Part shown: positions 31,285 to 42,731 of the stretch, in pieces | How positions within the stretch are numbered: position 1 is the first letter of the stretch | Layout of the letters: the number at the start of each line of letters is the position of its first letter | DNA from: an uncultured Gammaproteobacteria bacterium | GTDB taxonomy: Bacteria > Patescibacteriota > Patescibacteriia > Patescibacteriales > GWC2-42-12 | DNA: 64,000 bases | Reading direction: 5' to 3' | NCBI GenBank assembly: GCA_964467155.1 | Contig: CAYXNZ010000002.1 | Span: 14,339 to 78,338 of the forward strand | Notes under the pieces: generated by a model | The model's database searches: none | What the model was told of the DNA's origin: nothing | What the model saw: the letters and a program-made list of their open reading frames with translations, nothing else | Made by a program: the position numbers and the translations under genes

Positions 31285-31708
31285 TCATTCTCTCCCATAC
31301 GGGGGAGTTTCTTTTTTATAAAGCTTCATCCAACCGCCTATCATTCTGCCGATCTCGGCAAGTGGGGCGGATATGGCTGTCAATTTGTTTGTATCAATCG
31401 CTTTTATTTCCCAAAGAAGCTTCAAGAAGAATTTGAGCATATCAAATCTTGCGTTAAGTTCTTTTATCGTGTCGGCCTTTTTGTCTTTCGGCTGATAGCT
31501 TGCCCGCAGAGCAATTGCCAGACAATCGGTAAATAGATTATCTATCTTTTTACCCAAAGTGAAGCGGGTAATTTTCGGCAGATGAATTAAAAAAGAATGC
31601 CACATCTGATATGCCTCACTTAATTTGGCGATAATCGGAATATCGCAATTGCTGAGGGGGGGGGGTAGACTTATAAGCTTTTTGTGTATGAAGATTAAAT
31701 TGATTCAT
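31285..31708 (-). CDS. avd: DGR accessory variability determinant (Avd/four-helix bundle); open frame 31285-31605 plus upstream residues, likely start separated by a frameshift in the C10 tract
   Basis: (DIPIIAKLSEAYQM)W...LPKITRFTLGKKID...DMLKFFLKL...LAEIGRMIGGW; located between TR and RT. Confidence 0.88.
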
Positions 31709-32692
31709 AGTTATAATGATATTATTTGCGTTAATAATTTGTTTTCGGCTTGGAATGAATTTATTGTCGGTAAAAAATCTAAAAAAGATGTGCAGGAATA
31801 TTCCCGCAATCTTCTTGATAACATTATATCACTTCACGAAGATTTGGCTAATAAATCTTATCGGCACGGTGGGTATCACAGTTTTTACATCAATGACCCA
31901 AAACGCAGGCACATTCATAAAGCGAGCGTGCAAGACAGATTGCTTCATCACGCCGTTTACCGCCTGCTGTATCCGTTTTTTGAGAAAACGTTTATCCACG
32001 ATTCATATTCTTGCCGTTTGGAAAAAGGCGTGTATAAAGCGATTGAACGATTTGATGCCTATGCTGGCAAGACAAGCAAAAACGATACCAAGACGGCATG
32101 GATATTAAAGTGCGACATTAAAAAATTTTTCAATAGTATTGTCCATAAAACCTTACTGGAAATTTTAAACAAACACATTCCTGACAAAGATATAATATGG
32201 CTTTTGAATAACGTCATAGACAGTTATCATAATACAAACAAGAGAGGCGTCGGCTTGCCACTCGGTAATTTGACTTCCCAGCTGTTTGCTAATGTATATA
32301 TGAATGTTTTTGATCAGTGGGTTAAGCACAGATTAAAGATTAAGCGGTATATAAGATACGCAGATGATTTTGTATTTTTCAGCAGAGATAAGCGACAGCT
32401 CCATTCTTTGATTGAGCCAGTTGGAGAATTTTTGTTTCAAACATTAGGTTTAACACTTCATCCCAAAAAGATTATCAAAAAGTCATTGTCGTCCGGCATG
32501 GATTTTTTGGGTTGGGTGCATTTGACTCACTATAAAAAATTACGGAACAAGACAAAAGAGCGGATGTTTAGAAAAATAGCCGACGATCCTAGAGATGAAG
32601 TTTTCCAGTCATATCTGGGGCTTTTAAGCCACGGCAATACTTACAAAATTGAAAAAGAATTGCGTAACCTTTATTGGCTTTTAGGAGATTAA
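31688..32692 (+). CDS. DGR reverse transcriptase
   Basis: DPKRRHI, DRLLHHA, KCDIKKFF, GLPLGNLTSQLFAN (LGxxxSQ), YIRYADDF, DFLG; ATG 31688 preferred over TTG 31625. Confidence 0.96.
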   Translation: MKIKLIHSYNDIICVNNLFSAWNEFIVGKKSKKDVQEYSRNLLDNIISLHEDLANKSYRHGGYHSFYINDPKRRHIHKASVQDRLLHHAVYRLLYPFFEKTFIHDSYSCRLEKGVYKAIERFDAYAGKTSKNDTKTAWILKCDIKKFFNSIVHKTLLEILNKHIPDKDIIWLLNNVIDSYHNTNKRGVGLPLGNLTSQLFANVYMNVFDQWVKHRLKIKRYIRYADDFVFFSRDKRQLHSLIEPVGEFLFQTLGLTLHPKKIIKKSLSSGMDFLGWVHLTHYKKLRNKTKERMFRKIADDPRDEVFQSYLGLLSHGNTYKIEKELRNLYWLLGD

Positions 32693-33052
32693 AGATAATT
32701 TTTGTTTTATTTACTCTGCCTTTACTTTTAGTGTTGAGTTTTATAAAAATAGTTAAATCATGTTAAAATAAGATATTTTTAGTATTATGAAATTAAAATT
32801 CAGAATTAATTTCAGTTCTAACATCGTCCACGGTCCCGTGCAATAAAATAAATACTGGTCATTAGACCAGTATTTATTTTATTTATACGGAAAGGAGTCG
32901 AACCGGTAGAAACGAGACAAATTCCGAGCCGAAATTCGGTCGGCGAGGAATGTAGTCGAGCGTCGACAAGCTTTTGGGGAAAGCTTGTCGCTACCGTGGG
33001 CAACGAAGTTTGAGCGGAAGCGAAAACGAGGCGGAATTCCCTCATCCCGTGC

Positions 33053-33090
33053 AAAATAAAAACTACAGAGTTAACTCTGTAGTTTTTATT
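33053..33090. terminator. perfect palindrome / bidirectional terminator downstream of gyrB
   Basis: AAATAAAAACTACAGAGTTAACTCTGTAGTTTTTATTT. Confidence 0.75.
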
Positions 33091-33107
33091 TATATCAAAA
33101 TGTATTT

Positions 33108-35144
<2,037 letters not shown>

Positions 35145-35333
35145 TTAAAAGTATAAAAATTTCTTTTAATATTAGCTATTTAAACATAAAAATATCCCTC
35201 TGAATTAGGGCTTATTTCTATACTATAATTTTAGCAAAAAAGATGTTTTTTGACAAGGGATAATTTTTACCTTTTGGCTATATGTGCTAAAATTACTAGT
35301 AATAACAATAAGATAATTTATTATTAAAAAAAT

Positions 35334-36290
35334 ATGGATAACCCTGCTAATTTAAAGCCAGAAGATGACAAAATTGAGATAGAAAAGCAAGTTGAAGATT
35401 ATAAAGATACTGAAGGCTTGTCAACAAAAAAATTAAATTTTGGCTTATGGTTTGTCGAAAATAAAAAATCGTTTAGGATTATTTTTTTAGTATTTTTGGC
35501 AATAATCTCGGCGATTAGTTGGTCTTATACTATTTTTGGTTTTGCTTATTATTTATCGCGAGGCATGGACGAAGACAAGCTATTGTTAAAATACATGACT
35601 GAATCTAGTAAAGTAAATCATGATATAACAGTGAAACAAGGGGCACAAAATTTGAATTATTATCCAGTTAAAATTTTTAAATTAAGTGATAATCGATATG
35701 ATTTTTTAGCTACAGTTGATAATCCGAATCAAGACTGGTGGGCAACTTTTGATTATTCTTTTAGAGTAGGTAATGAAAATACACCTAAATATAATGGTTT
35801 TATTTTTCCTGAAGAAAGTAAAAGTTTAATGGCTCTAGCTAGAGAGTCTTCTTATTCACCGTCAAAGGCAGAATTGATTATTGAGAATTTGGCGTGGTAT
35901 CGAATTGATAAACACACAATACCAGATTGGAAAATTTTTTATGAAAATCATTTAGATATTGTTACGAGTGAGGCGAGTTTTAAATTGGCTCAACAAAGTG
36001 GATTATCAGAAAAGATTCATTTGAATCAGTTAGACTTTACAGTTGAAAATAAAACCGCTTATAATTTTTGGCAGGCTGATCTTGATATATTATTGTATAG
36101 TGGTAATAAAGTCGTAGGCGTTAATCGCTATAGCTTAACTGATTTAATGTCTGGAGAAGAAAGACTAATACAAGCAAGTTGGTCAGGTCAGTTTGGCAGA
36201 ATCGATAAAATACAGATTGCTCCTAATATCAATATAATGGATGAAAATATTTACATTAAATATCAAGGCGGAATAGGTGAAGTAAAATAA
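35334..36290 (+). CDS. hypothetical membrane-anchored protein
   Basis: single TM followed by beta-rich extracytoplasmic domains. Confidence 0.75.
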   Translation: MDNPANLKPEDDKIEIEKQVEDYKDTEGLSTKKLNFGLWFVENKKSFRIIFLVFLAIISAISWSYTIFGFAYYLSRGMDEDKLLLKYMTESSKVNHDITVKQGAQNLNYYPVKIFKLSDNRYDFLATVDNPNQDWWATFDYSFRVGNENTPKYNGFIFPEESKSLMALARESSYSPSKAELIIENLAWYRIDKHTIPDWKIFYENHLDIVTSEASFKLAQQSGLSEKIHLNQLDFTVENKTAYNFWQADLDILLYSGNKVVGVNRYSLTDLMSGEERLIQASWSGQFGRIDKIQIAPNINIMDENIYIKYQGGIGEVK

Positions 36291-36299
36291 TTTTTTTTA

Positions 36300-37406
36300 A
36301 TGTTCGGAAAGCTATCAATTTATTCTAAGCATTTTGACTGGGTATTATTTGCCTCTGTTTTATTATTGATTTGTGTTGGTTTGGCCGAAATTTATAGTAT
36401 TGCTTTAGGTCAGTCGGCGATTGATTTACTTAATTTTCAAAAACAATTAGGTTTTGTTTTTTTGGGAATTGTGCTGTTGTTTGCTTTTGCTTTTTTTGAT
36501 TATTATAATCTGCGTAGTTATAGTAATTATTTAGTATTAGCGGGTGTTTTAATGTTGGTGACAGTTTTAATCTTCGGTAATACAATTAGAGGCACTAAGG
36601 GTTGGTTTTCTTTTGCTGGCTTTGGTTTACAACCAGTAGAATTTATCAAGTTTATTTTAATTGTATTTTTGGCGCGTTATTTTTCTTCTGCTTCTTTAAA
36701 AATAAAGCCATTGAAGCATTTAATGATTAGCTTCGGTGGAGTATTAATATTTATAACCTTAGTATTAGCTCAACCTGACTTTGGTTCTGCTCTTATTCTA
36801 TTTGCGATTTGGTTTGCTATGATTATTTTGGCCGGTTTTAATAAAAAATATTTTATCATAATATTTTTAGTATTAGCTTTAATTATGTCTGGTTCGTGGT
36901 TTTGTCTTTTTAAAGATTATCAGAAGGAGAGAGTCATGACTTTTCTTAATCCTTCTTTTGAGCCGTTGAATCAAGGATATAATATTTCACAAGCAATAAT
37001 TGCAATTGGTGCAGGAGGTTTAACGGGTAGAGGATTAGGCTTTGGCTCACAGTCACAACTTAAATTTTTACCTGAAGCTCAAACGGATTTTATTTTTGCT
37101 GTTGTGGCGGAAGAATTAGGTTTTTTTGGCGCTGTTTTAGTATTATTATTTTTTTGTATATTTTTTTGGCGCTGTTTAAGTCATTTGCGAAAAATTAAGA
37201 ATGATTTTGCTGTTTTTTTCATTTTGGGAGCAGCCAGCTTGATTTTTATTGAAATGTTTATTAATATAGCTATGAACATGGGATTACTCCCTGTTATTGG
37301 CATATCATTGCCTTTTTTAAGTTATGGCGGTAGTGCAATGATATCTAATTTAATATTAGTTGGAGTAATTGAGAGTATTATTATTAGAAATAACATTAAT
37401 TATTAA
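36300..37406 (+). CDS. rodA: SEDS family rod shape-determining protein RodA
   Basis: LQPVEFIK, QPDFGSA, LPEAQTDFIF, LPFLSYGGS. Confidence 0.92.
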   Translation: MFGKLSIYSKHFDWVLFASVLLLICVGLAEIYSIALGQSAIDLLNFQKQLGFVFLGIVLLFAFAFFDYYNLRSYSNYLVLAGVLMLVTVLIFGNTIRGTKGWFSFAGFGLQPVEFIKFILIVFLARYFSSASLKIKPLKHLMISFGGVLIFITLVLAQPDFGSALILFAIWFAMIILAGFNKKYFIIIFLVLALIMSGSWFCLFKDYQKERVMTFLNPSFEPLNQGYNISQAIIAIGAGGLTGRGLGFGSQSQLKFLPEAQTDFIFAVVAEELGFFGAVLVLLFFCIFFWRCLSHLRKIKNDFAVFFILGAASLIFIEMFINIAMNMGLLPVIGISLPFLSYGGSAMISNLILVGVIESIIIRNNINY

Positions 37407-37419
37407 ATTATTTATATTT

Positions 37420-38097
37420 ATGACGAAAGAAATTAAGCTAAATGCACAATTAAGAGTAGAAACAAATGGAAAAGCCAAAATTATAAGAGAAAAAGGTCTG
37501 GTGCCAGCAGTGGTATATGGATCAGGCACAGAAAATAGAAATGTAAAAATTAAAAAACTTGATTTTGAAAGAGTTTTTGCTGAAGCCGGAGAATCTAATT
37601 TGATTGATTTAGTTATTGATGATAAATCGTCAGTTAAGGTTATTGTTAAAGATTTTCAAAAAAGTCCAATCACAGATCAGATTATTCATGTTGATTTTTA
37701 TCAAGTTGATATGAGTAAAAAAATAGAAACTGCTATACCATTGAATTTTATTGGTGAGTCAAAGGCAGTTAAAGAATTAGGCGCTATATTAATGAAAAAT
37801 ATAGACGAGATAAATGCAAAATGTTTGCCAGGAGACTTGGTTAATAATATTGACGTAGATTTATCCGTTCTTAATACCTTAGAGGATGTTATTAGAATAA
37901 AGGATTTAAAAATATCAAAGGATGTTGAAATATTAAACGACACTGAGGATATGGTGGCAAGTGTAACAGAACAGAGAGCTGAAGAAGTTGAACCAGAAGT
38001 TAGTGAGGAAGAAGCTGGAAAAGAGACAACGGAAGGAACTGAGGAAAAAGAAAAATCTGAAGAAAGCGAAGCTCCAGCTAAAGAGAAAAAAGAATAA
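37420..38097 (+). CDS. rplY: 50S ribosomal protein L25 (Ctc-type)
   Basis: VPAVVYG, IIHVDFYQV; acidic tail. Confidence 0.96.
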   Translation: MTKEIKLNAQLRVETNGKAKIIREKGLVPAVVYGSGTENRNVKIKKLDFERVFAEAGESNLIDLVIDDKSSVKVIVKDFQKSPITDQIIHVDFYQVDMSKKIETAIPLNFIGESKAVKELGAILMKNIDEINAKCLPGDLVNNIDVDLSVLNTLEDVIRIKDLKISKDVEILNDTEDMVASVTEQRAEEVEPEVSEEEAGKETTEGTEEKEKSEESEAPAKEKKE

Positions 38098-38129
38098 TTA
38101 AAGCGATTAAATAATTCAAGGAGGAGGTA

Positions 38130-39230
38130 ATGGATAATACTCAAAATAATAAAGCAGGCAAAACCATTGAGAAACGGCTATGGATAGTTGCCTGTTTTAT
38201 TTTTGCTATTTTCTTTTTGTTTTTTTTAGGTTTAGCTTATTTGTCGGTACAGGATTATTATTCAGGTAAATTGTTTGGTTGGAGAAGTTTAAGTTTACTT
38301 AACGATAAAGACGATAGTCAATGCGATGATTGTATTCATCGAAAAATTGACGGCGTTTTAGTCTCACCAGATAAAGCTGAGATATATCCGGTAGCAGTTA
38401 TGATTGAAAATCATCCCGAAGCTCGTCCGTCAGTTGCTTTAGCTGAAGCGAATTTGGTTTACGAAGCAGAAGTGGAAGGCGGAATTACTAGATATATGGC
38501 TATTTATGCTGATGGACGTGATATAGAGGCTATGGGTCCAATCAGAAGCGTTAGACCCTACTTTATCGATTGGGCACGTGAATTATCAGCTATGACAGTC
38601 CATTGTGGTGGTAGTCCAGAAGCTTTAGCGACATTAGCACGTGGTGAAGTTTTGGATTTAAATGAATTCTATAATGGTGATTTTTTTTGGCGAGATAAAC
38701 GGATATTAGCACCACATAATATTTTTACTTCATCAAAAAATTTATATCAATACTTAGAAAATAAAGGAATTACTAGTAGCGTACTTTTGTCTTGGCAGTA
38801 TAAAGAAGATTTAGCGTTAGAAGAAAGACCACAGTCAGAAGAAATAAAGATTGGTTACAAAAAACCTGATTATGTAGTAAAATGGTTATATAACCCCGAG
38901 AATAATAAATATAGTCGTTATTTAGCTAATGAACAGCACAAAGATTTATCAGGTAAACCAATTACGGCTAAAAATATTATAATTGAATATGTTAAAGCAG
39001 AAGTAATTGATGATGAATTGAGATTAAAAATGAGTCATATTGGGTCGGGTGAGGCAATAATTTGTTTAGATGGGAATTGTAATAAAGGCAAATGGGAAAA
39101 GTTAACAAGTGCCACTCGAACTAGATTTTATAGCGAGCAGTCAGAGGAAATTAAATTTAATGCTGGTACAACTTGGATAGAAATAGTTCGACCAGAGAAA
39201 GAAATTTTAATAAATAGTGAAAGCTATTAA
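38130..39230 (+). CDS. DUF3048-like membrane-anchored protein
   Basis: AVMIENHPEARP, VYEAEVEGGITR, GPIRSVRPYF, APHN. Confidence 0.85.
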   Translation: MDNTQNNKAGKTIEKRLWIVACFIFAIFFLFFLGLAYLSVQDYYSGKLFGWRSLSLLNDKDDSQCDDCIHRKIDGVLVSPDKAEIYPVAVMIENHPEARPSVALAEANLVYEAEVEGGITRYMAIYADGRDIEAMGPIRSVRPYFIDWARELSAMTVHCGGSPEALATLARGEVLDLNEFYNGDFFWRDKRILAPHNIFTSSKNLYQYLENKGITSSVLLSWQYKEDLALEERPQSEEIKIGYKKPDYVVKWLYNPENNKYSRYLANEQHKDLSGKPITAKNIIIEYVKAEVIDDELRLKMSHIGSGEAIICLDGNCNKGKWEKLTSATRTRFYSEQSEEIKFNAGTTWIEIVRPEKEILINSESY

Positions 39231-39240
39231 TTTTAACAAT

Positions 39241-39708
39241 ATGAGAACTATAAAAAAAATAAAATCAGGTAGTAAACGAGGATTTACTCTGATTGAACTT
39301 TTAGTTGTAATATCGATAATCGGATTTTTAACAGTAGCATCTGTTGTTGCTTTTAATGTAGCTCGCATGTCTTCACGTGATGCTACTAGAGCGGCTAACA
39401 TTGCAACGATGAATAGGGCCTTGGCCATGTATTTAAATGAGTCTTTGGTAGGGTATCCGACTTCAACCGGAGAATGTTTGTCGGGAGATAGTAACGTGGG
39501 AGCAGAATTGAAAGCAGCTGAAATGATTATTCGTGTGCCGACTGATCCGTTGTGGGCTGCTGAAGAGCCAAGTCCGAGTATAGCTGATGATACGGATGGA
39601 TTTTGCTATTATTATATCTCTAGCGATAAAGACGTTTATCAGCTCAGTTATTATTTAGAAGCCAATTCCAAGTCGGGTGATGCTGGTGCTCATGCTTTTA
39701 TACCATAG
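39241..39708 (+). CDS. type IV pilin / pseudopilin
   Basis: class III signal KRG|FTLIELLVVISIIG; SRDATR. Confidence 0.93.
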   Translation: MRTIKKIKSGSKRGFTLIELLVVISIIGFLTVASVVAFNVARMSSRDATRAANIATMNRALAMYLNESLVGYPTSTGECLSGDSNVGAELKAAEMIIRVPTDPLWAAEEPSPSIADDTDGFCYYYISSDKDVYQLSYYLEANSKSGDAGAHAFIP

Positions 39709-39712
39709 TTTT

Positions 39713-40225
39713 ATGATGGATAATCAAGAAATAAATTTTAATTATTTTAAAGCGAGAAGAATTATTGTTATTATGGTCATCTTGTGTTTAACAATAATTT
39801 TTTTTGTTGGTTTTAGTACAATTAGATCAAAAGCCAGAGATATAAAAAGAAGAGCTGATATAAGAATAATGGTAAAAGCGCTAGATTTATATCATGATAA
39901 TCACGGATATTATCCATCTTCGATGGATGATTGGCAAGGTTGGGATTTAACTTATGAATATAAAGGTGGAGAATTTAGTTTTTTACCTGAGTTGAAAAAA
40001 GATAGCTTGATTGATAGGATGGTTAGCGATTCATTAAATAATGATATTTTCCATTATCGTTATCAAAAGTTTAATGTTGGAGATTATGGTTGCGATAAAG
40101 CATTTTACATTTTACAAATTACAAATTTTGAATTGCCAACAAAAAACACTGGTTATGGCCAGTGTCCAGAGTTAGATTGGGTAGAAACAGTGCCTAATGG
40201 TTATACTGTTCAAACGTTTGATTAA
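39713..40225 (+). CDS. pilin/GspG-like protein without a canonical prepilin cleavage site
   Basis: TM followed by KARDIKRRADI...ALDLY....GYYP. Confidence 0.72.
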   Translation: MMDNQEINFNYFKARRIIVIMVILCLTIIFFVGFSTIRSKARDIKRRADIRIMVKALDLYHDNHGYYPSSMDDWQGWDLTYEYKGGEFSFLPELKKDSLIDRMVSDSLNNDIFHYRYQKFNVGDYGCDKAFYILQITNFELPTKNTGYGQCPELDWVETVPNGYTVQTFD

Positions 40226-41094
40226 TTTTTTATAGAGATTATTGCTAATCTATTATGACCGCTTAGGTCTTTTTTTATTTTAATTATAGATTTTAATAAA
40301 AATTGTTTTGTAAGTTTTTTAAAGATGGAAGTTTGACTGGGGTCTATTTCGCAAAGAATGGTAATTGGTAATTTATAATTATCAAATTGTTTTATTTGTT
40401 TAAAAAGTTTTTTATAATATCTTAATCCGTTATTTCCTGCCAGGAGAGCCAATTTTGGTTCGGTCTGAATTGTGGGCGATTTTTTTATTTGCTTGGTGGT
40501 AAGATAAGGTAGATTCGCCGTAATTATTAAATTTTGTTTTTTTTTAAATTTTTTTTGAATGGGTTCAAGTAAATCACCTTGCTGAAAAATTATTTTCTTA
40601 TCTAATTTATAATTTTTGGCATTTTGTCCGGCAATTTTTAAAGCCGACTTTGAAATATCAGAAGCAAAAAATTTACAATCTTTATTCCTGAATAATTTAG
40701 CTAGGGTGATTATAATACAACCAGAGCCTGTGCCAATATCTATAAATGTTGTTGGTTGCTGATATTCTTTAGTTAAATGTAAAACTTCTTCAATTATTAA
40801 TTCTGTTTCTGGACGGGGAACAAGGACGTTTTTATCAACCTTAAATTTTAAACCGTAAAATTCTTTATAGCCGATTAAATAAGCTATTGGTTCTCCTTTT
40901 ATTCTACGAGAAATTAAGGAATTAAAATTATTATTCTGTTTTCTAGATATTTTTTTATCAGGATAAGTTAAAATATACTCGCGTGTCTTTTTTAAAACAT
41001 GAGCTAATAAAATTTCTGCTTCAAAATGCGGATTTTTTATTTTTGCTTTTTTAAGTTTTTTAATCGAGTCAATTAGTGATAAAGAGGTAATCAT
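40222..41094 (-). CDS. prmC: release factor glutamine methyltransferase
   Basis: GEPIAYL, VLVPRPETE, DIGTGSG, ANLPY; adjacent to prfA. Confidence 0.96.
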   Translation of the reverse strand: MITSLSLIDSIKKLKKAKIKNPHFEAEILLAHVLKKTREYILTYPDKKISRKQNNNFNSLISRRIKGEPIAYLIGYKEFYGLKFKVDKNVLVPRPETELIIEEVLHLTKEYQQPTTFIDIGTGSGCIIITLAKLFRNKDCKFFASDISKSALKIAGQNAKNYKLDKKIIFQQGDLLEPIQKKFKKKQNLIITANLPYLTTKQIKKSPTIQTEPKLALLAGNNGLRYYKKLFKQIKQFDNYKLPITILCEIDPSQTSIFKKLTKQFLLKSIIKIKKDLSGHNRLAIISIKN

Positions 41095-41109
41095 AAATAT
41101 GGACCAGTT

Positions 41110-42144
41110 TTATTTGTTGGCTTTTTTTAATTCAGCAATAATTTCATCTATTTCACCGTTCAGGATGCGGTCGATTGAATGCCATGATTTTTTTATTCGA
41201 TGGTCAGTTATTCTATCTTGAGGAAAATTATAAGTTCTGATTTTTCCACTGCGATCACCAGTACCTATCATTTGTTTTCGTTTAGCATCTTCTTTTGACT
41301 TTTGTTCGTTCTCAATTTTTTGCACTAAACGAGAACGCAATATTTGCATAGCTTTGTCTTTGTTTTGATGTTGATCTTTTTGATCTTGGCATTGAACAAC
41401 TAAACCAGAGGGAATATGTGTGATTCGGACAGCTGAATTAGTAGTGTTAACGCATTGTCCGCCTGGGCCAGAAGCAGCATAAGTATCAATTTTTAAATCT
41501 TCGTTTTTTATTTCAATATCAACATCTTCAGCTTCTGGCAGAACAGCGACAGTAGCAGCTGAAGTGTGAATTCGGCCTTGTTTTTCAGTTTCAGGCACAC
41601 GTTGGACACGATGAATACCGGCTTCATATTTTAAGTCACTATAAACATTTTTACCATTTACTTCGAAGATAACTTCTTTAAAACCACCAATGCCAATACG
41701 ATTTGAATTTAAAATATTTATTTTCCATTTTTTAGTTTCAGCATACTTAGAATAAATGCGAAATAAATCAGCTGCGAATAAAGCTGATTCATCCCCACCG
41801 GTGCCAGCTCGAATTTCTATAATAGCGTTTTTTTTGTCATTTGGATCAGCTGGATGTAATTCTTGTTTAATCTTGGCTTTCAATTCATCAATTCTGGGCT
41901 TTAATTGTTCTATTTCTTCTTCGGCCATGCTTTTTAATTCTTCGTCTGTTTCATTTTTTATAATATCTTCATTTTGTTTAATTTGTTTGGTAATTTTTTC
42001 CAACTCAAAAATCAGACTGATTACTTCTTTTAAGTCAGCATGTTCACGAGAAACAATTTTTAACTTTTGAATATCTTGAATAACTTTAGGGTCAGATAAT
42101 TGTTTTTCTAATTCATTAAATTTTTTCTTTATATCTTCGTACAT
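41110..42144 (-). CDS. prfA: peptide chain release factor 1
   Basis: [31 protein letters not shown]. Confidence 0.98.
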   Translation of the reverse strand: MYEDIKKKFNELEKQLSDPKVIQDIQKLKIVSREHADLKEVISLIFELEKITKQIKQNEDIIKNETDEELKSMAEEEIEQLKPRIDELKAKIKQELHPADPNDKKNAIIEIRAGTGGDESALFAADLFRIYSKYAETKKWKINILNSNRIGIGGFKEVIFEVNGKNVYSDLKYEAGIHRVQRVPETEKQGRIHTSAATVAVLPEAEDVDIEIKNEDLKIDTYAASGPGGQCVNTTNSAVRITHIPSGLVVQCQDQKDQHQNKDKAMQILRSRLVQKIENEQKSKEDAKRKQMIGTGDRSGKIRTYNFPQDRITDHRIKKSWHSIDRILNGEIDEIIAELKKANK

Positions 42145-42153
42145 AATTTTTAC

Positions 42154-42181
42154 TGTCATTTCCATATAGGCGGGAATGACA
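42154..42181. repeat. TGTCATT...AATGACA palindromic element
   Basis: TGTCATTTCC-ATATAGGC-GGGAATGACA; same termini as 55287-55362. Confidence 0.65.
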
Positions 42182-42288
42182 AAGAAATGATAAAAATGAT
42201 TTAAATCAAAATAATAAAAAACGGTTATTCCTTTGATTATGTCATAGTAATATTATAACACAACAAAAAGAATAACCGTTTTAAGTAG

Positions 42289-42591
42289 TTATTTTTTGTC
42301 AGTAGTTTTTTTAGTAGTTTTACTGGTCTTAACTTTTGCTCTGGCAGCACGTTTAACTTTTTTACCTTTTCTACCTTCGGCAATTTTGGCTTTAGCGTCA
42401 ACTTTTGCTTTAAATTTCTCGACTCGTCTAGCAGAGTCAACTAATTTCTGTTTACCAGTATAAAAAGGATGGCAAGCAGAACAAATTTCTACTTTTATTT
42501 CTGGTAAAGTAGAGCCAGTAGTGAATTTATTGCCACAAACGCAAGTTACTTTAGCGTCAGTATAATACTCTGGATGAATCTCTTTTTTCAT
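42289..42591 (-). CDS. rpmE: 50S ribosomal protein L31
   Basis: [23 protein letters not shown]. Confidence 0.97.
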   Translation of the reverse strand: MKKEIHPEYYTDAKVTCVCGNKFTTGSTLPEIKVEICSACHPFYTGKQKLVDSARRVEKFKAKVDAKAKIAEGRKGKKVKRAARAKVKTSKTTKKTTDKK

Positions 42592-42731
42592 ATTATTTAA
42601 CAAGTTTTAAACAAATTAAAAAGCCAAGTTTTGGCTTTATTAGCAAGTATAGTTGATATTAACACAAGAGAATGATTTTGGCAAGTTGTAGATAAAAAGA
42701 ATGGCTCTGTCCGCTGGTTGCGAACAGAGCC

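Larger units (their letters stand above)
29921..33055. mobile_element. DGR-carrying islet bounded by tRNA-Trp 3'-end direct repeats
   Basis: ATTCCCTCATCCCGTGCAAA at 29921-29940 and 33036-33055; partial copy TCCCGTGCAA at 32834-32843. Confidence 0.75.

Noticed and set aside
31115-31321. 68-aa ORF resembling the target protein C-terminus
   Set aside because: It is the translation of the template repeat, which works as RNA; no clear SD.
31625-31687. N-terminal RT extension from TTG 31625
   Set aside because: Reads through the G10 tract antisense to avd with no RT-like sequence; ATG 31688 is more plausible, though the upstream start is not excluded.
32818-33054. Minus-strand 78-aa ORF
   Set aside because: Overlaps the structured tRNA-end module; better explained as non-coding.
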